A DNA stretch of 64,000 nucleotides, from contig JAVRCV020000059.1 in the NCBI GenBank assembly GCA_034530615.2, positions 64,001-128,000 on the forward strand, given 5' to 3'. The stretch's first letter is position 1. The number at the start of each line of letters is the position of its first letter. Positions 11,329 through 21,390 of the stretch are shown piece after piece. A program made the translations under genes and the position numbers. The notes beneath the pieces were generated by a model that did no database searches, was not told where the DNA came from, and was given only the letters and a program-made list of their open reading frames with translations. The stretch comes from Aulosira sp. ZfuVER01. GTDB lineage: Bacteria > Cyanobacteriota > Cyanobacteriia > Cyanobacteriales > Nostocaceae.

Positions 11329-11949
11329 ATGACTACTGATTCTCAGTTTTACGACCGTTCTCGCTGGCAAATTCCTCAAGATTTAGCAGATGGAATGGAT
11401 AAGCATACCAATGAATCAACGGGTGCTATGGATGATATGGTGAAGCGCGATCGCTTCGAGTTATTAAGTGCTTACCTCGATGGAGAGGTAACAGCTGCCG
11501 AACGTAGACAAGTAGAAGAATGGCTGGCAAACGATGCCTCCGTTAAATGCTTGTATGCTCGATTGTTAAAGCTAAGGCAAGGCTTGCAAACTATGCCAGT
11601 GCCAGCCACCGAACAGCCTCTAGAAAAAACAGTCCAGCAGGTTATGGCACGTTTACATCGCCGTACCCAGTTAGCTTGGGCATTTGGAGGTGCTGCTGTT
11701 GCGGCTTGTGTTATTGGCTCATTAGCCGGGATCATTCCTGGTGGTGATACCAGAAACCTGCAACTAGCGCAAAATAGAATCGAGCCAACACAAACACTGC
11801 CAGAACCTGCTGCTGTTCCAGCATCACCGCTGATGGTTGCCTTAAATAATCCTGTAATCGAAATTCCTAAAGCAGCAGTGGTCTCTCCAACAAAAACAAG
11901 GCATCACCAACAGCCTAAACAGAGAGAGCTTGAACAGAATTTTAACTAA
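11329..11949 (+). CDS. sapG: Anti-sigma factor (SapG-like)
   Basis: ELLSAYLDGE anti-sigma motif, single TM, directly after sigG. Confidence 0.8.
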   Translation: MTTDSQFYDRSRWQIPQDLADGMDKHTNESTGAMDDMVKRDRFELLSAYLDGEVTAAERRQVEEWLANDASVKCLYARLLKLRQGLQTMPVPATEQPLEKTVQQVMARLHRRTQLAWAFGGAAVAACVIGSLAGIIPGGDTRNLQLAQNRIEPTQTLPEPAAVPASPLMVALNNPVIEIPKAAVVSPTKTRHHQQPKQRELEQNFN

Positions 11950-11954
11950 TGAGT

Positions 11955-12410
11955 TCATAAATCCCACTTTTTGCTTGCTTTTAAACCGCAGCCACTCCAC
12001 CAGCCATCAGCTTGAGGGATACCCCCTAGCTGGCTGACTCTTTCAAGCGACATGAAGTAAACCCAAGCAAAACCCAAGGATAGCCCTTGCAAATTGTAGA
12101 TCCCAATTTGCTGTCGATTGTAGAGATTTTCTGATAAATCTCGATGAGGCTGGTAATCTTCCAGTTGATCTAGCTGACTTAAAATATCTAAGTCAGCGAA
12201 TGAGAGTAAATATCCTTGGACTTGGCTATTTCCCAATGTCATGGCTGGATAACCCATCGGCAGGGCAAACAGTTTACCCAAAGCTATAGCTCTTTTGCTA
12301 TCCAGCACTTTACCAGCACAATATCTTTTATAATTAGCTTCACCTGGTTTGAGAGTGCCGTAGACAAAAATACGCACTTTACCAGAAACTTTTATTTTTA
12401 ATTCAGTCAT
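11955..12410 (-). CDS. Gamma-glutamylcyclotransferase family protein
   Basis: IFVYGTLK, LDQLED, AWVY. Confidence 0.88.
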   Translation of the reverse strand: MTELKIKVSGKVRIFVYGTLKPGEANYKRYCAGKVLDSKRAIALGKLFALPMGYPAMTLGNSQVQGYLLSFADLDILSQLDQLEDYQPHRDLSENLYNRQQIGIYNLQGLSLGFAWVYFMSLERVSQLGGIPQADGWWSGCGLKASKKWDL

Positions 12411-12496
12411 AGCTTATTTTAACCAACTGAATTTGTTTGCCTACCATCTACAATATGTAGGCAGACACAGACAAGATTGCAGTAGGAGCGTTTTTG

Positions 12497-15124
12497 GTGG
12501 ATTCCCGATATAACCCAGCAGCAATTGAGGAAAAATGGCAAAAAGCATGGGCAGAACTTGGTTTAGATAAAACACTGATAGATAGCGATAAGCCAAAATT
12601 CTACGCTTTGTCCATGTTCCCTTACCCATCGGGCAGCCTACACATGGGTCACGTTCGTAATTATACAATTACTGATGTGATAGCTCGTCTCAAGCGAATG
12701 CAAGGTTATCGGGTATTGCATCCAATGGGTTGGGATGCTTTTGGCTTGCCAGCAGAAAACGCTGCTATTGACCGTGGTGTACCACCAGCTAAGTGGACTT
12801 ATCAAAATATTGCCCAGATGCGACAGCAATTGCAGCGTCTTGGTTTGTCTATTGACTGGAATAGCGAATTAGCTACCTGTTCGCCAGACTATTACAAGTG
12901 GACACAATGGATTTTCTTGCAGTTTTTGCAAGCGGGTTTAGCTTACCAAAAAGAAGCAGCCGTTAATTGGGACCCCATCGATCAAACTGTATTGGCAAAC
13001 GAGCAAGTTGATAACGAAGGGCGTTCCTGGCGTAGTGGCGCAAAAGTTGAGCGTAAACTCTTACGGCAGTGGTTTTTCAAGATTACTGATTATGCTGAAG
13101 AATTACTCAATGACCTCGATAAATTGACAGGGTGGCCAGAACGTGTGAAGTTGATGCAGGCCAACTGGATTGGTAAATCAACAGGTGCGTACCTGGAATT
13201 TCCCATTGTTGGGTTGGATGAAAAAATTAGTGTTTACACTACACGTCCGGATACAGTTTATGGTGTGAGCTACTTGGTATTAGCACCAGAACATCCCTTA
13301 ACAAAGCGTGTTACTAAAAAAGAACAGCAAGCAGCCGTAGAAACTTTTGTGCAAGAAGTTGCCAATCAAAGTGAGTTGGAACGTACTGCTGAAGATAAAC
13401 CTAAGCGAGGCATTCCTACAGGTGGTAAAGCAATTAACCCATTTACAGGGGAAGAACTGCCTATCTGGATTGCTGATTATGTACTATATGAGTATGGTAC
13501 TGGGGCAGTTATGGGTGTACCTGCCCATGATGCGCGAGATTTCAAGTTTGCCAATAAATATAATTTGCCGATTGAGTTTGTGATTGTCGAACCAGAGGCA
13601 GTTGCAGATAAAGATTTAAGCGCCACAATATCTGATGAAGATGGTGAAGTCTTTAATATCATCCAGGTTGAATACAACGAGGCGTATACAGAACCGGGAA
13701 TTTTAATTAACTCTGGTCATTTTAGTGGCATGGCTTCCACAGATGCCAAGCAAGCGATAGTAGAATATGCCGAACAACAAGGTTTTGGTAAAGCGCGAGT
13801 GCAATACCGCTTGCGAGATTGGCTGATTTCACGACAACGGTATTGGGGTGCGCCCATACCAGTAATTCACTGTCCAAACTGTGGGATAGTACCAGTCCCA
13901 GATAAAGATTTACCCGTGGAGTTGCCAGAAGAAGTCGAATTTACTGGACGCGGCGGTTCACCTTTAACTCAGTTAGAAAGCTGGGTGAATGTGCCCTGTC
14001 CCACTTGTGGTACTCCAGCGAAGCGGGAAACTGACACGATGGATACCTTTATTGATTCCTCCTGGTATTTCTTGCGGTTTACGGATGCCAAGAACGAACA
14101 GCAGGTGTTTGATTCGAGTAAAACTAATGACTGGATGCCAGTAGATCAATATGTGGGTGGCATTGAACACGCGATTTTGCATTTGTTGTATTCGCGGTTC
14201 TTTACTAAAGTGCTGCGAGATAGAGGCTTGTTGAACTTTGATGAACCTTTTCAACGTTTGTTGACTCAAGGGATGGTGCAGGGTTTAACTTACATGAATC
14301 CCAACAAGGGGGGTAAAGATAAATGGATTCCTTCACATTTAGTAGACTCTGCTAACCCCCGCGACCCCCAAACAGGTGAACCGTTACAACGCCTGTATGC
14401 TACTATGTCCAAATCCAAAGGTAACGGTGTCGCACCAGAAGACGTAATTAGCAAATACGGTATAGACACAGCGCGAATGTTCATCTTGTTTAAAGCGCCA
14501 CCGGAAAAAGACTTGGAATGGGATGAAGCTGATGTAGAAGGACAATTCCGCTTTTTGAATCGGGTTTGGCGCTTAGTGACAGATTATATTGCTGCTGGGG
14601 TATCCCAAAAGCAAGCCGATATTTCAAACTTGACTAAAGCGGAAAAGGAATTGCGACGGGCAATTCACACTGCGATCCAAGCAGTTACAGAAGATGTGGA
14701 AGACGAATATCAATTCAACACGGCTATTTCTGAATTGATGAAGTTGAGTAACGCATTAACTGATGCTAGCTGCAAAGATTCACCAATTTATGCTGAAGGG
14801 ATTCAGACTTTAGTAGTCTTGCTAGCCCCCTTTGCACCACACATTGCTGACGAGTTGTGGCATTTATTGGGTAATAGCAATTCTGTACACACTCAAACTT
14901 GGCCGTCTTTTGACCCTGCTGCCTTAGTAGCTGATGAAATTACTTTAGTAATTCAAATTATGGGCAAAACTCGTGGTGCAATTCAAGTGCCATCGCAAGC
15001 CGATAAAGCTGCCTTAGAAAAATATGCCAGAGAATCTGAAGTTGCCCAACGTTACATAGAAGGAAAAGAAATTAAAAAAGTGATTGTGGTGCCTGGGAAG
15101 TTGGTAAATTTTGTTATCGGCTAA
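12497..15124 (+). CDS. leuS: Leucine--tRNA ligase
   Basis: [13 protein letters not shown] (HIGH), TMSKSKGN (KMSKS), CP1 editing domain. Confidence 0.98.
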   Translation: MDSRYNPAAIEEKWQKAWAELGLDKTLIDSDKPKFYALSMFPYPSGSLHMGHVRNYTITDVIARLKRMQGYRVLHPMGWDAFGLPAENAAIDRGVPPAKWTYQNIAQMRQQLQRLGLSIDWNSELATCSPDYYKWTQWIFLQFLQAGLAYQKEAAVNWDPIDQTVLANEQVDNEGRSWRSGAKVERKLLRQWFFKITDYAEELLNDLDKLTGWPERVKLMQANWIGKSTGAYLEFPIVGLDEKISVYTTRPDTVYGVSYLVLAPEHPLTKRVTKKEQQAAVETFVQEVANQSELERTAEDKPKRGIPTGGKAINPFTGEELPIWIADYVLYEYGTGAVMGVPAHDARDFKFANKYNLPIEFVIVEPEAVADKDLSATISDEDGEVFNIIQVEYNEAYTEPGILINSGHFSGMASTDAKQAIVEYAEQQGFGKARVQYRLRDWLISRQRYWGAPIPVIHCPNCGIVPVPDKDLPVELPEEVEFTGRGGSPLTQLESWVNVPCPTCGTPAKRETDTMDTFIDSSWYFLRFTDAKNEQQVFDSSKTNDWMPVDQYVGGIEHAILHLLYSRFFTKVLRDRGLLNFDEPFQRLLTQGMVQGLTYMNPNKGGKDKWIPSHLVDSANPRDPQTGEPLQRLYATMSKSKGNGVAPEDVISKYGIDTARMFILFKAPPEKDLEWDEADVEGQFRFLNRVWRLVTDYIAAGVSQKQADISNLTKAEKELRRAIHTAIQAVTEDVEDEYQFNTAISELMKLSNALTDASCKDSPIYAEGIQTLVVLLAPFAPHIADELWHLLGNSNSVHTQTWPSFDPAALVADEITLVIQIMGKTRGAIQVPSQADKAALEKYARESEVAQRYIEGKEIKKVIVVPGKLVNFVIG

Positions 15125-15161
15125 GGGCAGTAAAAATACTCTAAGGATTTGCGAGAGATTC

Positions 15162-15194
15162 AGATTCTCGACTTTTCTACAAAGTCGGGAATCT
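15162..15194. terminator. Palindrome/terminator after leuS
   Basis: AGATTCTCGACTTT-tctac-AAAGTCGGGAATCT. Confidence 0.6.
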
Positions 15195-15266
15195 TACTAC
15201 CCAGCAAAGCACTAAAAATGTTGGGTTACTCTACCAGAAGCCTCCGCTCAACCCAACCTTGGATAT

Positions 15267-15508
15267 TGGGTAAAGCTACTTCAAACTGTCCGTCGTCTAA
15301 TTGAAACGGTAATTGGACAACTTAGCTTTACGTTTTAATATCGAAAAAGTCTAGGCCAGAGATATATGGCATTTGACGAGTCGTTTTAATCGCAAATCGC
15401 AAACTGTTGGCTCACACTGTTTGTGTCTGGTTAAATCGTTTGTTTGGTTTGGAACCATTATAGTTTGATGGTCTAGTGAGACAATACAATAAGTTGCACA
15501 TCGCATTA
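15267..15508 (+). mobile_element. IS982-family transposase remnant (3' end with terminal inverted repeat)
   Basis: Broken translation WVKLLQTVRRLIETVIGQL/FNIEKV*ARDIWHLTSRFNRK/LLAHTVCVWLN with stops and frameshifts; ends in AAGTTGCACATCGCATTA. Confidence 0.7.
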
Positions 15509-15645
15509 GATCTAGATCGCAGGAAATTACTGAATGCATTTTGTCTTTTACACCTGCGATCGGTCATAACATATCATCTTTAGGAATATTTGTACACTGC
15601 AAATAGAAAGATGATCTCTAAGAAGAGTATGTCTAAATTATGTAT

Positions 15646-15697
15646 ATATGGTAAACACCTGGTATATCTGGAGGCTTGGTCTTAGCCGAGCCTTTTT
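15646..15697 (+). ncRNA. Putative small RNA, array unit 1 (5' end inferred)
   Basis: Promoter-like GAGTAnGTCTAAATT (-10 TAAATT 15634-15639); terminator AGGCTTGG-tcttag-CCGAGCCT-TTTT. Confidence 0.55.
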
Positions 15698-15856
15698 CAT
15701 ATATTTAGTATACAAGTATGTAAGTATATGCTTATATGCTGACAATTTTTCAGATAGCTATGATCTTCAGCAAGTAGTTTCCTAGCAGTTTTTGGCATAT
15801 TTGGATACATCCCCTAGGATGATGCTCTGTGATGAGAGTAGGTCTAAATTAATTTA

Positions 15857-15911
15857 GTACGTTGTTAAGCACAGCAATGATCGAGGTTTGGCTCGCGACC
15901 AAACCTTTTTT
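15857..15911 (+). ncRNA. Putative small RNA, array unit 2 (5' end inferred)
   Basis: Same promoter motif (-10 15845-15850); terminator AGGTTTGG-ctcgcga-CCAAACCT-TTTTT. Confidence 0.55.
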
Positions 15912-16007
15912 CTTCAGCAATAAGATCACTTTTTATCAGTCTTGAGGCGATTTGCACACATCCTCTAGGATGATGAAGTCCAAGCCGAGTAAGTCTAAAT
16001 TAAGCTT

Positions 16008-16059
16008 GGTGTAGTAAATGCTTGGTATACATAGAGGCTTGGCCAAACCAAGCCTTTTT
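16008..16059 (+). ncRNA. Putative small RNA, array unit 3 (5' end inferred)
   Basis: Same promoter motif (-10 15996-16001); terminator AGGCTTGG-ccaaa-CCAAGCCT-TTTT. Confidence 0.55.
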
Positions 16060-16344
16060 CTTGTGTACTTGTGTCGAATAACTAATTATTTGTCGTCGTT
16101 AACAGATTGTTATCGTTATTAACGAATTTTGTGTCATTTTAACAAATTATGGACTTGACGACTGAGCAAGATCAATGAGATAAATTCAATGGTGTCGTTA
16201 AAAATTGCCCGGAATCAATTTGATGTCAGAGGGCTTTGAAAATAAATCTGCGGATATTCTAAAAAATTCTCATAATCAGCAAAAGTCAATAGAAGTGGTA
16301 GATATTGGCAATTCAACAGAGTCTAGTGGGGCAATTTGCTGAGA

Positions 16345-16548
16345 TTAAAGACAAACGCAGGCAATAGCAAAGTCAACAGCCTGTAATGCTAGATCATCTT
16401 TATTTTGTAAGTGATTGTAAATTTTTCCTTTCTGCAAACCAGTAACTCGCATAATGTCAGAAATTGATGAGCCAGCATAACCCTGTTGATTAAACAGTTC
16501 GGCTGCTTGTTGAAGAATTTTTGCTTTTGTTTCTTCGCTTTTAGACAT
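16345..16548 (-). pseudogene. Truncated TetR/AcrR regulator (HTH only)
   Basis: ILQQAAELFNQQGYAGSSISDIMRVTGLQKGKIYNH; stops at 67 aa, no ligand-binding domain. Confidence 0.8.
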
Positions 16549-16734
16549 TAAAACTTTTCCGACTGAGCGGTTTAAGACAGTCTAGTACGATGAATATTGG
16601 AGCATCAAGATGTATATATAAAATTAATTGCGTCTTGCCAATAATTCATTGTCAAGGCGCACAGCTTAATAATTGATTTCTACTTTGGGTTTGAGACTTT
16701 GGATTGTTGATTAAATATCCAATTAATCTAAAAT

Positions 16735-17085
16735 CTATCGCCCGTTCGAGGATCTGATAATTGGGTTTTCTACAGATTCTCTATACTGTTGAACTGCTTC
16801 GGTGTAGCCAATTGGCAGAACAGCTTCAACGTTTTCATGAGGTCTGGGGATAATTACCCATGATTCAAGAGTGCCACCATAAACATTTTCGGCAGCTTCC
16901 ACACCCGCCGCCATAGCGGTCTTGACTTCAGAAACATCACCACGAATATTCACTGTAAAACGAGCGCTACCCACTCTGATATAACCAACAAGGGTAACTC
17001 GACCTGCTTTTACCATTGCATCTGCTGCTGCTAGTACAGCAGGAAAACCCTTAGTCTCTAATGCTCCAACTGCCTGTAATGACAT
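16735..17085 (-). CDS. ccmK4: Carboxysome shell protein CcmK4
   Basis: BMC domain [38 protein letters not shown]. Confidence 0.9.
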   Translation of the reverse strand: MSLQAVGALETKGFPAVLAAADAMVKAGRVTLVGYIRVGSARFTVNIRGDVSEVKTAMAAGVEAAENVYGGTLESWVIIPRPHENVEAVLPIGYTEAVQQYRESVENPIIRSSNGR

Positions 17086-17170
17086 TAAAAATCTCCTGTA
17101 TTAGTAAACTTAGGTGGCGCTACAACTTAATTGTACGAAGCTTCGCTACAAATTTTAATGGCGAATTTGC

Positions 17171-17482
17171 TTAGAAGATACGGAAAGATTCAGATTCTTC
17201 AGTGAAGTGAATGGGTAGAATGGTCTCCACATTTTCTGGGGGGTTAGGAACTATATAGTGGGTGATAACTGTACCAGTCTTGACTTGTTCTCCCGCAGCA
17301 ATTCCTGCTTCCACAGCTGTTCTAACTTCAGCAACTTGACCTCGAACGGCGACTAATAAGCGAGCGCTTTCCGCTTGACCATAATACACCAGTGTGACTG
17401 CGGCAGATTTTACCATTGCATCTGCCGCTGCCAACACCGAAGGAAAACCTAAAGTTTCAATTACGCCAACCGCCATTGGCAT
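17171..17482 (-). CDS. ccmK3: Carboxysome shell protein CcmK3
   Basis: BMC domain with YYGQAESA and VPNPPEN variants; tandem with ccmK4. Confidence 0.9.
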   Translation of the reverse strand: MPMAVGVIETLGFPSVLAAADAMVKSAAVTLVYYGQAESARLLVAVRGQVAEVRTAVEAGIAAGEQVKTGTVITHYIVPNPPENVETILPIHFTEESESFRIF

Positions 17483-17679
17483 AGCTTAACTCTCCTGAGT
17501 AAAGGATAAGTGATATTAATTGTACGAGGCTTTAGTACCAATTGTTAAATTTTGCTCAATTTTCTTGGATGCTATTCAATAGGCAATAGTCATTTGTCAA
17601 GAGTCAACAGTTATTAGTTATTTCTCCCTCATCCCCCTTGCCCTCCCTATTGTCCAGACAATACGGTAAACTAAGGTTT

Positions 17680-18582
17680 ATGTTTCCGAATTTTTTACCT
17701 ACAGCAGTTGGGCAACTGAGAGAACCCGCTGCGATCGCACTAGCTCAGAGCATACAATCTCAAGCGATCGCTACTCCTCTAACTAATCAACCAATCGCTA
17801 CAACCTATGTACAGCAAGGTAGTGGTGGTACACCAATTTTATTAATTCATGGCTTTGATAGTTCTGTCTTGGAATTTCGGCGTCTTCTACCACTGTTGGC
17901 AGGAGATAATGAAACTTGGGCAGTGGATTTATTAGGTTTTGGTTTTACAGATAGATCTGCCGACATTGACTATAGCCCCACCGCAATTAAAACCCATCTT
18001 TATTATTTCTGGAAAACTCTAATTAACCAACCTGTAATTTTGGTAGGTGCTTCGATGGGGGGTGCAGCAGCGATTGATTTTACACTCACCTATCCAGAAG
18101 TGGTGAAAAAACTAGTGTTAATGGATAGTGCGGGTTTAAAGGGAGGTTCACCCTTAAGTAGATTGATGTTTCCGCCTTTGGATTATTTAGCCACAGAGTT
18201 TTTGCGCAGTCCCAAAGTCCGCGATCGCGTTTCCCGTGCTGCTTATAAAAGTCAACAACTTGTCTCTAGCGATGCTGTAGATTGTGGAGCCTTACATCTG
18301 CAAATGCCAAGCTGGGGTAAGGCTGTGATTGCTTTCACTAAAAGTGGTGGTTATAAAGCTTTTAGATTTAAAAAGTTAGCACAAATTGTCCAACCAACGC
18401 TGATTTTGTGGGGTGATGCCGATAAGATTTTAGGTACTAAAGATGCTCCCAGATTTAAACGAGCAATTCCCCCCAGTAAACTTATCTGGATTAAAGATTG
18501 TGGTCATCTTCCACATTTAGAACAACCACAAATTACCGCCCAGCATATTTTAGAATTTTGCGGTGAACCAACAATAAATTGA
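17680..18582 (+). CDS. Alpha/beta fold hydrolase
   Basis: LLIHGFDSS, GASMGG, GHLPHLE. Confidence 0.9.
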   Translation: MFPNFLPTAVGQLREPAAIALAQSIQSQAIATPLTNQPIATTYVQQGSGGTPILLIHGFDSSVLEFRRLLPLLAGDNETWAVDLLGFGFTDRSADIDYSPTAIKTHLYYFWKTLINQPVILVGASMGGAAAIDFTLTYPEVVKKLVLMDSAGLKGGSPLSRLMFPPLDYLATEFLRSPKVRDRVSRAAYKSQQLVSSDAVDCGALHLQMPSWGKAVIAFTKSGGYKAFRFKKLAQIVQPTLILWGDADKILGTKDAPRFKRAIPPSKLIWIKDCGHLPHLEQPQITAQHILEFCGEPTIN

Positions 18583-18864
18583 GATATTGGCAGAACCACC
18601 AATTAAAAAGCCCACATTTGTGATTTGCCAAATTTGTAGATCACCGCGATCGCAATTTATTGAGTTTCTTAGCCTACGCAGGTGAGCTTCTATGCTGTCA
18701 GCGTTTCAAAATTAACTGCTCCGACTAAAAAACACCGCCGCAATCACAATTAAACCTAAAAGTACCAAAGGAACCCAGAGATTAGGTAGATCCGATAAAC
18801 TCATTACGCAGCCATTATCAGGGATAATTCCTTTTATACAGCAAGCAGCCTGCACGGAGAACCG

Positions 18865-21390
18865 ATGATGACATCTCCAGATACAGCAATTTGGCTACAA
18901 GAACGCACATCTTTAGGAATTCTCTCGCCTGCGGTGTTAGAGGCGATCGCTCAAGTGATGGAAATCCAAGTTGTATCGGAAGGTAGCACCCTAGTGAGCG
19001 AAGGTACTCAGCCAGAAGCACTTTACATTGTCCAAGATGGACACTTGGAAAGCGAAACTAGCAAAACCAACTCCGCTTTACCCCGTGGGTTCCTTCCTGG
19101 AGAAGTCATTAACCTCCAAGAATTACTGTTAGATGAGTTAACTCCATTTACAATTACTACTCTTAACGAATGTCATTTATGGGTGATACCTGCTGAAAAA
19201 TTTCGCGGTTTAGCTACTCAATACTCCGAAATTAATCAGGCTTTTTCTCGGCTGTTGGCGCAAGAATTGGCTGAGGTGACATCTGCTTTAAGCTACCAAC
19301 AAGAACGTACTTTAGCTTTACGTCCATATTTAGTTACTAAGGCGCAACGGGGAATTGTTGGTACAAGTCGCTATGCGGTGCGTCTGCGGGAGCAAATTCG
19401 CGAAGCCGCAAGCGATCGCTTGTCGGTAGAAATTTTTGGCGAACCAGGTTTAGAAAAAGATAATATCGCGGCTCTCATTCACTTTAGTTCCCCCAAGCGG
19501 CGAGAACCAATTATTAAAATAAATTGCGGGATTCTCCAAACCAGTGGTGCAGATTTATTTGGTCGGGCTGGCGGGAAACCCGGACTTTTAGAATGGTTAG
19601 GGGAAGGCACTTTAGTTCTGAATAATATCCAAGAATTGCCCCCAGAGTTATTACCAGCAGTAGCGCAGTTAGTTCAAAAAGATACATATACTCCTGTAAC
19701 TCGTGCTGGAGAACCAAAAGCTGAACCTCGTACTAGTAGAGCCAGGATTTTAATTGTCTCCGAAAGAACTCAGTCAACGATCGAACGCTGCGTTGGTCAT
19801 GTAATTAAAGTGCCACCACTACGGGTACGCAAAGCTGATATTAAAGCTCAGGTAGAATATTACACCAGTCTCTACAGCCGTGCGCGCGGTCTTGCTAAAC
19901 CGCATATTACCCCCGAAGCCTTGCGTCGTTTGCAAGCTTATGATTTCCCTGGCAATCTCAAAGAATTGAAGAATTTGGTAGAAAGAGCGATTGTTCAGGC
20001 GGGAAATGGGAAAGAACTCACAGAAGAAATCTTTTGGTCAGCCGAACCGAAGAAAAAGCAATTTCGCGTTAATTTATTAAATGCCTATCCTCGGTTGCGG
20101 CGGTTTTTGCGTAGTGACTGGTGGCCCGATCGCATTAATTATGGTTTTACCTTTGCAGCCTTTGCTTTTTTGGTAGGTGTGTTGTTTATTGGCCCGCAAA
20201 CACGCGATCGCAATTTTGCTTTAAATCTATTTTGGGCTTGGTGGTGGCCGTTCTTCCTGTTTCTCTTTCCCTTTTTAGGGCGTATCTGGTGTTCAGTCTG
20301 CCCCTTCATGATTTACGGTGAAATTACGCAGAAGTTATCTCTGTGGTTGTTTCCTCGGCAACTCAAGCGCTGGCCGAGGGAGAAAGCTGAGAAATGGGGC
20401 GGCTGGTTTTTATTTGGGCTATTTACCCTAATTTTCTTATGGGAAGAATTGTGGCACTTAGAAAATACAGCTTACCTCTCCGCTTGCTTGCTTTTATTAA
20501 TCACCGCCGGAGCAATGATTTTCTCTGCGATTTTTGAACGGCGGTTTTGGTGTCGTTATCTCTGTCCCATCGGCGGGATGAATGGTTTATTTGCCAAACT
20601 CTCAATGACTGAACTGCGGGCGCAGCAGGGTATCTGTTCTGCAAGTTGCACAACTTATCAATGCTATAAAGGCGGGCCGCAAAAAGGCGAAGGGATGGAA
20701 ACTAACGGCTGTCCTTTATACTCACACCCTGCACAGTTAGAAGATAACAGAGATTGTGTTTTGTGTATGACTTGCCTCAAAGCCTGTCCCCATCGTTCCG
20801 TCGAATTTAACTTGCGTCCCCCAGGAATTGAACTTTGGACAACTCATGTACCCCGCAGCTACGAAGTTGCACTGTTATTTTTAATGTTGGGTGGTGTATA
20901 TCTGCATCGTTTACCAGAATTGCAAGCTTGGTTAGGGCTAAACCTAGATTTAAATATTTTTTGGCAGCACTTAGGATTATCGCTGCTGGCTTTGCTGATT
21001 CCCGTAGCCATTCCCTTTGCTGCATACACGTTAATGCAACTATTGAATTTTGGACGTAAACCCAAAAGATTTATTGAACTTGCTTACGGCTACCTACCAT
21101 TGGTGTTAGGAGCTAACTTAGCCCACTATCTGCGTTTAGGGTTAGGCGAAGGAGGGCGCATTTTACCTGTGGCTTTTGCTACCTTTGGGTTGCATAGCGA
21201 GCAGTTACCTGTATTAGTAGCGCATCCCGCCGTAATTGCCTTTTTGCAAGGTAGTACCCTCATCTTTTCCGTACTTCTTACAATAGTGTTAACTCAAAAA
21301 ATTGCGCGACAACCATTTAAGGTGATGCTTTGGCAACATCTAGCAGCGATCGCTTTAGCTGTTAGTATGTGGGCAATTATTGTGTTGTAA
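18865..21390 (+). CDS. cNMP-binding / sigma54-interaction-like AAA / 4Fe-4S membrane protein
   Basis: N-terminal cNMP domain, FGEPGLEKD degenerate Walker A, WCSVCP, WCRYLCP, CVLCMTCLKACP, many TMs. Confidence 0.85.
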   Translation: MMTSPDTAIWLQERTSLGILSPAVLEAIAQVMEIQVVSEGSTLVSEGTQPEALYIVQDGHLESETSKTNSALPRGFLPGEVINLQELLLDELTPFTITTLNECHLWVIPAEKFRGLATQYSEINQAFSRLLAQELAEVTSALSYQQERTLALRPYLVTKAQRGIVGTSRYAVRLREQIREAASDRLSVEIFGEPGLEKDNIAALIHFSSPKRREPIIKINCGILQTSGADLFGRAGGKPGLLEWLGEGTLVLNNIQELPPELLPAVAQLVQKDTYTPVTRAGEPKAEPRTSRARILIVSERTQSTIERCVGHVIKVPPLRVRKADIKAQVEYYTSLYSRARGLAKPHITPEALRRLQAYDFPGNLKELKNLVERAIVQAGNGKELTEEIFWSAEPKKKQFRVNLLNAYPRLRRFLRSDWWPDRINYGFTFAAFAFLVGVLFIGPQTRDRNFALNLFWAWWWPFFLFLFPFLGRIWCSVCPFMIYGEITQKLSLWLFPRQLKRWPREKAEKWGGWFLFGLFTLIFLWEELWHLENTAYLSACLLLLITAGAMIFSAIFERRFWCRYLCPIGGMNGLFAKLSMTELRAQQGICSASCTTYQCYKGGPQKGEGMETNGCPLYSHPAQLEDNRDCVLCMTCLKACPHRSVEFNLRPPGIELWTTHVPRSYEVALLFLMLGGVYLHRLPELQAWLGLNLDLNIFWQHLGLSLLALLIPVAIPFAAYTLMQLLNFGRKPKRFIELAYGYLPLVLGANLAHYLRLGLGEGGRILPVAFATFGLHSEQLPVLVAHPAVIAFLQGSTLIFSVLLTIVLTQKIARQPFKVMLWQHLAAIALAVSMWAIIVL

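Noticed and set aside
15599..16059. Possible CRISPR mini-array
   Set aside because: Conserved parts are split promoter-like and terminator-like blocks with irregular 211/151-nt periods; no cas genes in the window
18865..21390. Sigma54-activator-like domain in an organism group lacking sigma54
   Set aside because: Known widespread cyanobacterial architecture with degenerate Walker A and no GAFTGA; not novel
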